A DNA stretch of 64,000 bases, taken from NCBI RefSeq assembly GCF_006345805.1, contig NC_043004.1, positions 68,634,001-68,698,000 on the forward strand. The letters run 5' to 3'. Both the position numbers and the translations under genes were made by a program. A model generated the notes under the pieces. The model was given only the letters and a program-made list of their open reading frames with translations, did not search any database and had not been told where the DNA came from. How positions within the stretch are numbered: position 1 is the stretch's first letter; each line of letters opens with the position of its first letter. This document shows, piece after piece, positions 11,938 through 23,485 of this stretch. This DNA is from Octopus sinensis. Taxonomy: Eukaryota.

Positions 11938-12026
11938 ATACACATATATATATATATATATATAATATATATATATATATATTACATGCATATATATATA
12001 TATATGTATGTATGTATATACATATA

Positions 12027-12057
<31 letters not shown>

Positions 12058-12217
12058 GGTGAGAAAGTTGGTGTGTGAAAGCACGTGGTTGGATATAAAG
12101 AAAATAGAAAAGAGTGAAAAAACTACAGAAGGCTTGTTTTATAAGGTTAAAGAATATATTTAAGTCGTTATGTTTGAAAAATGTTATAAAATTTTGCATA
12201 TAGTAACATAGTTTTTG

Positions 12218-12256
12218 GAGAAATTACCGGTTTCCTGTTAACTTTTCAAATTTCTC
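12218..12256 (-). ncRNA. Hammerhead motif copy in the inverted 5' repeat (U3-A8 core, stem II closing pair broken)
   Basis: Minus strand: gagaaat TTGAAAA gttaacag GAAA ccgg TA atttctc. Confidence 0.5.
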
Positions 12257-12382
12257 AAATGTCTTTACCTACATCGTGTCAGGTCTTCGTTATGCAGTGC
12301 AAAGAAGAGTTCCAGGCAGGGGGGGGGTAATAAGCGATTTCTTCCGGTATAAGGGAGATAATCGCTTTATATTTCTTTTCCC

Positions 12383-15300
12383 AAACCTGCACAATAGAAA
12401 AATCGCTTTCTGGAACATGATAAAATGTTCCAACAAAGCAGATATATACGAGGGATGGATGAACTCAACACCAATTATCCTCCCACGCAAATTCCAGATC
12501 AAAACAATTCCCAACGAACCTGACGGACAGTGATCTATTAGGGAAAGGTCAGCTCTATTCAATCTAAAATCAGAGATAGAATTACTATGACTTAGGGCCT
12601 CCACTAATGAGAAAAAAATATAAAAACATCGACGAGGAGATGCATAGTGAAATACAGAAACAAACCGAGGGACAACCCCTCGAAAATACCATAAATCATT
12701 GGAAAGAAATCTGTGAAAAGGAAGAAAGAAATTCTCTCCTACGCTGGGAAAAAGGCAACGATTTCTTCCAAAGATATGAATTAATTTTCAAAAATGAATT
12801 GGGTACAGATAATCCTTTTCTAAAGAAAATAACAAGAAATAACAAACAAAAACTGAACAACGCACAAACCACCCCCAATTTCAACCACTTAATCAGCAAC
12901 AACCCTCCTCATTATCCTCCATACACTTGAAACAGAAATCACCCACAACCAGCATCTTTGAACCACGCAAGACTTAACAGGGAACAAGCTAACAGACAAC
13001 GCGTCTATGAAATAGATTACACCAAAAACAGAACACGCCAACAACATCCTAATACCAGGCCTAACCACCCCATAACAGCACAAAATAACACTAGAATGAG
13101 AAACACACCACACACGAGTCACTATTCCCCCATGAACCAAAATTACTGGTCCCCACCGAACACAAGACAAACACAAAATAACACTAAGTCAAGCAACATC
13201 CCACATACAAGCAATTCGAAACAAAAATATATCACATACAGAAATTTTACACACATCACAAACGAAAACAACCATAGATACTCACACACACACAACAATC
13301 TGAGGCAACAATACCACCGTTCCCCCGAACCAATATCACACAATCTCACAGACAACTCATACAAACAAAATTGCACCCAACATTTTTTAGCCCTGGACCA
13401 GAGACACCAGGACACAGGCTGGAACCTAGTAATAAGGAAAAACCGAAGATAATCAACCTTTCAACCAAACCTCTCTCAAACATAAAAATTGACATCCTCT
13501 CAAAAGGGCTCAAATTTACGCCAACTCCACGCAGAGCCAACCAAAATGAAGTCAAGGACAATATAACAGAATTCTTCAGAAAATTAAGACTAGCAGAAGC
13601 ATCAACCAGTTTCAATACTGAAGATGACTCACTAGTCAGAAACAAAAGTGAACACATCCCCCACAGAGGAAGAAATAAAGATCTTGACGAGTTCTGCAAC
13701 CACATTGAGAACTTTCCCTACCATACTATACACAAACAGACAGTTAACTCAAATTTTAGCACTGCACAATGGAAGGAACTGATAGAACTTCAAAATGATG
13801 AAGATATAACCATTAAAGAAGCAGACAAAGGAAGTGCAGTTGTAATAATGGATACATTATACTATAGAAATCTTGTAATTTCCTTGCTTGATGACAATCA
13901 ACATTATGAAAAAATCACCAACTACACCCCGCAAAAATAATGAAAACTCTGATCTCACTAATTAAAACCCATGAAAAGGAACTGACAACCAAAGAGATTG
14001 ATTTTCGAACAAACTTTAAATGCAAGCCTAGCCTCTTCTATGGTCTGCCAAAAATACACAAAAGCAAAATTATAAATGAAACCATTAAAAAATCACCAAA
14101 GACATACATACACACACCTAACCCTGGGGACCTAAAACTACGACCCATTGTAGCTGGCCCAACCTGTGAAACACACAGATTAAGTCTATTTATGGACATC
14201 CTCCTGAAACCCTTCCTTAAACACACCGATAGTCATATCAGAGATGACTTGGATATGTTAAACCACCTTCCAAAAAAAGTCAAGGAAGAAACAATCATGG
14301 TTTCATTTGATGTAGTTAATTTATATACCAGTATACCTCATAATTATGGACTAGAGGCAATACAGTTCTGGCTGGACCAATTTCCGGAAGAAATACCAAA
14401 ACGGATCAGTAAAGAATTCATTACTAAATCGGTTGAATTCATCCTACAAAATAACCACTTCATGTTTGACAATACGTTTTACCGTAAAAAATCCGGAAAG
14501 CTATGGGTACAAGGGCAGCACCAGTCATTGCGAACCTAACAATGGGCTACCTGGAAATAATTATATACCATGAATCTTTATCGACCTTTGGAAACCCCCT
14601 TTCTCAATACATGAAAGAGAATTGGAAACGATTCCTGGACGATTGTTTTATACTCTGGAATGAAAACACAGATAAACTCCTAAAATTCAAAAACCTATTG
14701 AACAGCATCAACCCAAATATACAGTTCACAATGGAGCACAACCAAAAGGAGCTTCCATTCTTAGATATACTGATTAAAAAAATTAACCTTAAAATAGAAA
14801 CAGACATTTTTTACAAAGCCACAGATGCCAAACAATACCTACTTTTTTATTCATGCCACCCAAGACACACTAAAACAAACATCCTTTTCAACCTTCCAAG
14901 AAGGATATGCACAATAGTGTCAGAGCAAAATACCAGGAACTTTAGACTACAAGAACTCAAAAACACCCTAATTAACAGACACTACCCAGTTCAACTCATA
15001 AAGGATGGGATCAGACGTGCAAAAGAAATCGACATAGAAACTTTGAGAAAAGTTCAACACAACAACACACCTTCTCCGAAAATACTGCCTTACATATCCA
15101 CATACAACCCCAGAAACAAGAAGCCTTCACCATCATCACCCAGAATTTACCAATACTTCATAAGGACCCCAAATTAAAGGAAATTCTAAACATACATAAA
15201 AACATTAAAAGCTACAAACAACCTAAATCACTTAAAAAGATTCTCACAAAGGCAAAATTGTTGTTCTGAAATTACGGATGCAAAAGTAAAAAAATGTGGT

Positions 15301-15690
15301 AGACCAAACTGCGCAACATGCCCAAACCTTCTAGAAGGATCAGAATTCCTTTTCAAAGAGGGACAAAAATTCAATTTTACTTGTGCTTCTGAAAACATAA
15401 TTTATGTCATAAGGTGCTCGGGCTGCCACCAGAACTATGTGGGGTCCACGGGATTGTCACTCAGATGCAGATGCACTCTGCATCGACAACAGATTGCATT
15501 CCCAGTATACAGAATGATACCCTTTAGTGAGCATATTGAGAAATGCGCAAAGCAACTACTACCACAATTTTTAATCTTCCATTCTATCAGTGTGCTATTG
15601 GAACACCAACAAAAATTAGATTAAACAAGGAATAATTCTTCATTGAAAAATATAAGCCTGAACTTAACCATCCTAACATTCTTATACAGA
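12383..15690 (+). pseudogene. Penelope polyprotein ORF disrupted by stops and frameshifts (RT ~14030-15000, GIY-YIG ~15290-15680)
   Basis: ORF pieces 12276-12533, 12607-12930, 13371-13940, 13940-14539, 14503-15177 and 15439-15624 are collinear parts of one PLE protein. Confidence 0.9.
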
Positions 15691-15837
15691 GAAACTCATC
15701 TTATTAAAAAAGGGGAAAAGAAATATAAAGCGATTATCTCCCTTATACCGGAAGAAATCGCTTATTACCTCCTCCTGCCTGGAACTCTTCTTTGCACTGC
15801 ATAACGAAGACATGACACGATATAGGTAAAGACATTT

Positions 15838-15876
15838 GAGAAATTTGAAAAGTTAACACGAAACCGGTAATTTCTC
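15838..15876 (+). ncRNA. Minimal type I hammerhead ribozyme motif, U3-A8 variant core (UUGAAAA), in the PLE 3' repeat
   Basis: gagaaat TTGAAAA gt taac ac GAAA ccgg TA atttctc. Stem I is 7 bp, G10.1-C11.1 is present, and stem III is the palindrome ACCGGU. Confidence 0.75.
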
Positions 15877-16049
15877 CAAAAACTATGTTACTATATGCAA
15901 AATTTTATAACATTTTTCTAACATAACGACTTAAATATATTCTTTAACCTTATAAAACAAGCCTTCTGTAGTTTTTTTCACTCTTTTCTATTTTCTATAT
16001 ATATATATATATACATACATACATACACACAAATATATATGTGTATATG

Positions 16050-16094
<45 letters not shown>

Positions 16095-16274
16095 TGTCAA
16101 TATATATATTATATATATATATATATATATACACATATATATATATATTTCTATATACACATATATATATTTAATGTATTTTTTGATGAGAAGTTCAGAG
16201 CAAGAATTCTGACGAGTCGATCCCGTGATTCAGTGTCAACATCTGAGTTTCAGATCATATAAGCAATAACTGAA

Positions 16275-16284
16275 TAACAATAAC

Positions 16285-16364
<80 letters not shown>

Positions 16365-16390
16365 TAATAATGATAATAATAATAATAAAA
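16275..16390. repeat. (TAA)n microsatellite
   Basis: Direct reading. Confidence 0.95.
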
Positions 16391-16599
16391 GAAAGCAGCC
16401 TAAAAAAATTTACCGATACAGTAAGTGAAAAATTGCTTTTTAGAAGTTTATGGAATAGTAGAGAAATGTGTTGCCTGTTAATATTCTAAGTGATGCATCT
16501 TGCATGTTTTATGCAGAACAACACTATATTGATGGGTTTCACTTGTCTAGGATGGAAATACACAGAAAGCACAAGTGTAATTATGGCGAACAACAGTTC

Positions 16600-17232
16600 T
16601 AATAAGCAAGAATTTGTCAGAAGGCCTCCAGGCAAGTGAAACGATCCGCGTTACACGACGGAAACGGTGAAGTTTAAGGGTAAGTGTATGATGATTTGGG
16701 GATATGTAAAAAGTGATGGTTCAAGAAAGTTGACGGTAGCTTGAATAGTACCAAAACACATTCAGTTGCTGAAGGACAATTTGATATCAGACTTGGAGAT
16801 TTTTGGGTATGACGGAGCTCCATGCCACAGATCACCTGCAGCACAATAGAATCTGGCTGATGATGGCATTATCATTTTAAGAGATTGGTCAGTTCAGAGC
16901 CCTGACTTAAATATCAGCGAGCAAATGTGGACAGAATTAAAGAGAAGAGTTCGTTAGAAGAATCCAGGCAATCTTAAAGAGTTGTGGGAGCTCAGCCACA
17001 GAAAATGACAACTCATACATGTGAAGATGGTGGAGGGTTTGTACACAATTCTTCCCAGGTGTATGGAAGATATTATTCAAACTAAGGGAAGCCACACGAA
17101 ATACTAACAAAGTACTGTAACTTCTTGAAATAAACATTATGTAATAGATTTCCATTATAGATATTTTTCTGTTTTAAAACACTGTATCTTGATTGGTTTA
17201 TGTGAGGGGGTTGAAAACTTTTGTACGACTAT
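16600..17232 (+). mobile_element. Tc1-family transposase remnant (C-terminal DDE region) with probable right end
   Basis: Degenerate VRRPPG..TVKFKGKCMMIWG..DGAPCHRS..DWSVQSPDLNISEQMWTELKRRV..LPRCMEDIIQTKGSHTKY*. Confidence 0.85.
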
Positions 17233-17483
17233 TTTTGGTGGTCATCTCGCATCTTCCTCTCTCATTCAGAATTCCTACTACAAAATATAATGATAAGGTA
17301 TGGAAATGACTCCAACAGGGCCAATGGTTCATATGCAAAAAACGCAATGCAAAATATCCACTGGCAATTAGTAAAAAATTACTGTAGTTTAAAGTGTCCG
17401 AAAATGTTTGCGTAAAACCAGCGTAAAATATAATTTTGATTTAGTTGTCAAGCGATGGTCTTTCTCCCTAACGAGTGGACAGT

Positions 17484-17660
<177 letters not shown>

Positions 17661-18324
17661 GTTTTATCAAGTCAACTTTGCTCCGTATTACAATTTAACC
17701 AGACGTAAAAGTATGCTTAGATTTAGATATCCAAAATCAGATATGTTTATATAACCAATGTATACACATACATACTTATATATACATATATACACTCACA
17801 CACACTCATACATACATACGTATATTCATACATGCACATATCTCTGAGTTCATACATAAGTAATGTTCAGAATCAATCACGATTTAAAATGATGGAAAAT
17901 AACTTAACTGACATTTCATAAATTTATATTATATATTTTCTATTGGCGACAGCTTTTTTGCCATTTTTTCCCACGGAGTTCGTGCAAACGTTTCGAGTAT
18001 CCAATAGTTTCCTGTGTGTGAATTTGTTTTATGTGTATAAAATGTAGCTTAGCACAGGTTGAGATTACATTTCAGGGATTCATTTTATATGAGCTTACAT
18101 TTTTTCGAAAAGGAATATCTAACGAGTACTAGGCGTCCTTCACTCGCAGTTGTTCCCCTGCTAATCAGTCCATAGCTTAGGCCCTAACAGGTACTACAAA
18201 TCTAGGACAGGTTAGACCGGGAATTAAATAATGGCTCCGAAATAGTTCCACACTGCTCAACACTCTGGAACACGCGTACGTGGGTCCCACAACCGGATAC
18301 AGTTTAAAGCCTTACCACGGACGT

Positions 18325-18620
18325 ATTCATACATACCGACATGTAGATACACACAATGACACACACATACACGCATGCAGACTCACACACACACACGCAC
18401 ACACACGCGCACACACACATGCACACGTACACATATGCAAACGCGCGCGCACATACACACACACACAGACACACAGAAACTCACGTGCACACACACACAT
18501 ACGCGCGCACACACATTACGCGTACACGCATATACGCACACACACACGCACGCACACGTGTGTATTTGTATAAATATATGCATGAATGTATGAATACATG
18601 CGTGTGTATCTGTGTGTGTG
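18325..18620. repeat. Degenerate (CA)/(CG) microsatellite
   Basis: Direct reading. Confidence 0.85.
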
Positions 18621-19538
18621 GGTACCTGTCTTGTATAGTATCCTGTCGCGAGTGGTCTAAAAGAAAGTCTCTGGTAACATAATTTTACGAACCGGTTTCA
18701 GCTCCTCGCCATTCCACGTATCATATTTTACCGTTACTCACAAAAAAATCATTTCTATCATACGTATAAGAATACTTTCATTTACATTTAATTTGATATA
18801 ATTTTAAACATCACGCATCGATGATACTTCGTTGATATTGGACTCTATTGAAACTATACAGTTAATCGAAATTCCATACGGCTTAATATTGTCTTCAATT
18901 GTATATGGAGCACCGTTGTTTATTTGTATAAAATCACAGTGGGATTAAAGTAAGATTTGGCTACATCCATATTTTCCTCAAAAGTATTCATAACATACGA
19001 TTTCTAAGGGTTAATCTGAAAAAAGAGAACGTCTGTTGTTGACTATTCACAATTTTCCTGTACAATAAATATATCCTTGCCGAAAAAGACTCATAATATT
19101 TTCCTCGAATTTTGGATTTTTCTCTGTTTATTTTTAGTTTATTATTTAATAGTAAATTTGATACATTATACTTATAGCAAAAAACTATTCTAATTTACCT
19201 GACCTCCCTTATACGTTTTGTAACTTGATATCACAACAATGAAAGCCAGCTTCTAGCTTTATATAAGCAACACAGTGAAAAGCTTTTCACCTGGCGTTAC
19301 GCGCCATTATTGTTGCCAATAGAAAAAATATAATGCAATTTTATGAAATGTCAGTTAAGTTATTTTCCATCCTTTTAAATCTTGATTGATTCTGAACATT
19401 ACTTATGGATGACCTCAGAGATATGTGCATGTATGCTTATACGTATGTATGAATGTGTGTGAATGTATGTATGTATATACAAGTATGTATGTGCATACAT
19501 TGGTTATATAAACACACACACAAACCTAATATATTTAC

Positions 19539-19587
<49 letters not shown>

Positions 19588-20338
19588 TACTATATTATAC
19601 ATACACATATGTGTGTATATATTTATATATACATACATGTTCATACATAAAAGTATAAAACAACAATAAAGTTGTACTTTATTAAAGTACAATATTTGGA
19701 TTTCTAATCTTTTAAAATATACGTACACTCAGCACAATCACTTGTACGCTCTCTAACACACACAGACACACACATAAACACACGCACACACACACGCAAA
19801 CACACATACACACAGACACACACGTACACACAGACACACACATACACGAACACACATCAACACGCATACAAGCACACACATACGTACACACAGACACACA
19901 CACAAACACACACACGCACATACAGACACACAGACACACACACATAAACACACACACGTACACAAACAAACATACATAGATACATATATACATTGATGCA
20001 TTTATATATATACATATGAATATAAACATGTTTCTTTTTGGTTTTGTTTACATCCGCACAATGCATGAGTAAATGCCAAGCTGCAGGCATGGCCGTTGGT
20101 TGAGGAGATCGCCTGATAAACTTGTACTTTTACGATCATTCCCACTGAGTGGCAGCTGGATCGAGGGTCTTCTAAAATAGCCCCGAACCAACCGTTGGTA
20201 CACAAATTATGTTAAAGCCCGTTGTATATATGTATACACACACACACGCATGAAAAGCAAATTCGCATGCAATTATGTGAGTCTGCAATACAAAAATATA
20301 AAGAATATATACACATATATAAAAAGTACATGTACATA

Positions 20339-20800
20339 TAGGTGCAGGAGTAGCTGTGTGGTAAGTAGTTTGCTTACCAATCACATGGTTCCAGGTTCAG
20401 TCACACTGCGTGGCACCTTGGGTAGTGTCTTCTACTATAGCCTCAGGCCAACCAAAGCCTCGTCAGTGGTTTTGGTAGACGGAAACTGAAAAGAAGCCCG
20501 TTACAGATATTGTAACTAAAATTTTGTTATAAAAAAATATTAAGCATACATTTGTTAATAAATTTATATATGTATATACATGTGTGTGTTTGTGTGTCTG
20601 TGTTTGTCCCCCGAACATCGCTAGACAACCGATGCTGGTGTGTTTACTTCCCCGTAACTTAGCGGTTCGGCAAAAGAGACCGAGACAATAAGTACTAGGC
20701 TTGCAAAGAATAAGTCTTGGGGTCGATTTGCTCGACTAAAGGCGGTGCTCCAGCATGGCTAAAGTCAAATGACTGAAACAATTTAGAGTAACAGAGAGTA
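20339..20800 (+). mobile_element. SINE family A, full length, well preserved
   Basis: ggtgcaggagtagctgtgtggtaag..ggttcagtcacactgcgtggcaccttggg..cagcatggctaaagtcaaatgactgaaaca. Confidence 0.92.
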
Positions 20801-20894
20801 ACTTAAAGAGTAACACACGCACAAAGACAGACAGGCATACACTTACACACATAGCGTACAAATACACGATTTAAGCTTATACATTTAAAGTACA

Positions 20895-21205
20895 GTTTAT
20901 AGAGATCTCCATCGGTCACAAATGTCCATGGAATTGCATTTTGTTTCCCTCCGAAGCACAAGACTTGCGTAAGGTTGTGTGTGGAAGAACAGTCTCCCCT
21001 CTACACGCCACCGATGTATCGGAAAAAGGCCGATACAGCACGGCACCAGTAACGTCGCAACTTACTTCTATAGGTAAGTGAACTGATGTAACGTGAAATA
21101 AAGTGTCCCACTCAAGAACATACCACAAACCGCTGTGTGAATCGAACTTACAACGTCACGATTGTAATCCCGACGCTCCACCCATTGACCTACACGCCTT
21201 CACAC
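20895..21205 (-). mobile_element. tRNA-derived SINE family D with a CORE-like central domain
   Basis: Minus strand: gtgaaggcgtgtaggtcaatggg..taagttcgattcac..ttcttgagtgggacactttatttcacgtt..gttgcgacgttactggtgcc. Confidence 0.7.
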
Positions 21206-21659
21206 ATATAGCCACCCCCAAACACATGCATGTATATATATATATGTTGTTTGTCATTGGAAGAAGTTAAAAGTGACTCAAGTGTTGAGAGTTTCGTGAA
21301 TAGCCTTCACCAACTAATACTATATACCTTCCCACGTATTGAGTACTATATAATGTTTCTTCTATCAAATGGAGAAATATAGATGTATTCATAGAAATCA
21401 AAAATATATACTCGGCGCAAAAATATATTCCCAAAATATAAAAACAAATATATTTACTATATGTACATGATATGTGTGTGTGTGTGTGTGTGTGAGTGTA
21501 TGTATGTATATATATATATATGTATATATATATGGAAACTTTACGAAAATATACTCAGATAAATATAACCAATAAAGGAATTTATGTAATACATAAATAC
21601 ATGCATATCTCATAAAATTACGGATTATATATATTTACGCAATATAGGAATTTATCCAA

Positions 21660-21770
21660 TACATCATTGGCTCACCGCGCTGCCCTTCTCTCTCCACAAC
21701 TGTCGATCGTTAACGACCATAACAGCCCTCTTAGTTATTCAGTCACTGATCTCCAGACATCTCTTTCAAA
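21660..21770 (-). mobile_element. Possible RTE LINE 3'-end remnant
   Basis: A minus frame has a ..VNDRQLWRE.. motif followed by tgatg, like the MxDRxxWR C-terminus of the RTE at 62.1 kb. Confidence 0.3.
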
Positions 21771-21918
21771 GAATGGGTGTACATAATCATGAAGGCTACT
21801 TGAAAGTTGTCTTTTTGATTATATTTTAAGCGCTGTTATCTTTGGCAATTTACTTGCGACATTTTCTGTTGGAACCGCAGCCGTGTCATAATGTAAAGAT
21901 ATGCTGATGGTTGGTGTG

Positions 21919-21971
<53 letters not shown>

Positions 21972-22257
21972 TGTGGTCTTTTATGTTGCTTGCTGTAAAA
22001 TAACGGGGTTTTCAAGCAAATATTCGGCCTCATGATTGCGGTGTGGCACGGTATATTTTCGTGGGGGTTGTGTCCCCTTGTCTTCGGGTCTAACGATTAT
22101 CAATCCATTCCCTTAATATACAATCAATGTCTACAAAGAACATGTGAAGACTACAAACATACAAGCATACATAAACATAAACTGTCACACGCGTACACAT
22201 ATACACACACAAACCACAAGTATATATAATTACGTACATGCATACATACATACACAC

Positions 22258-22341
<84 letters not shown>

Positions 22342-22729
22342 CATATATATTTACAGAGACACACATATATATGTATGAATGTATCTATATATGTATATAC
22401 GTCTGTATGTGTGTACATACATACATGTATATACATACACACCTACATACACATATGTGTATATGTATGGATTTATATAATGCATGCACAAACGTTAGAC
22501 AAAAGCACCTATATATGTATGTGTGTATGTATACGGTATGTACACATACCTTCCCACACACATGAACACACACACCGGGCACACACACACAGATACACAC
22601 ACAGACACACTCACACAAAGAGAGACACAAGCACACAGACACACACATATATATGAATGTAAATATATGTATATCTATGGACATATAGATAAGAATGTAG
22701 ATATATGTATATATGTATGTATTTATAGG

Positions 22730-22761
<32 letters not shown>

Positions 22762-23099
22762 AGGTATTAATGTATGTATGTATATATGTTTATACAACTA
22801 TGAATGTGTATATAAACATACAGAGAAAATGAATAGATTATAAAAGGCAAATAAAGTGCTACGACAAAGGGAATAAAAGAGTAACAAAAGCCTAAATGTA
22901 TTAAGATATCTCGTATATCACTCATAAAGAGCAGAGTGGTATACGATTATTAGTGAATTATACCATACAAGTTTTTGATTCAACAAATCGATAACAAACA
23001 ACGAAAAGTTGAAGCGGACAGATATTTTTATAACAAGACACCATAGGGTATAATAACATGTATATAATATGTTGGCTGGATTGTGTATAGATATATAAG

Positions 23100-23370
<271 letters not shown>

Positions 23371-23485
23371 TGTGTAAGTCTGTATATATATATATATGTG
23401 TGTGTGTGTGTAGTATATATATATATATATATGTATATGTATATATATGTATATATATACATATATATGTATATATGTATATATT

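Larger units (their letters stand above)
12060..15996 (+). mobile_element. Penelope-like retroelement (RT + GIY-YIG), near full length, frameshifted, with inverted terminal repeats
   Basis: LSKGLKFTPTP; LRPIVAGP; SFDVVNLYTSIP; MGTRAAPVIANLTMGYLE; WKRFLDDCFILW; QFTME..LPFLDI; GIY-YIG IYVIRCSGCHQNYVGST. 12099-12382 is the reverse complement of 15713-15996. Confidence 0.95.

Noticed and set aside
18683-18722. Minus-strand GAAACCGGUU with a short tacg/cgta stem resembling a hammerhead
   Set aside because: The core reads tggaat(g), with no U4-G5-A6 register and no 3:8 pair. At best it is a heavily decayed relic.
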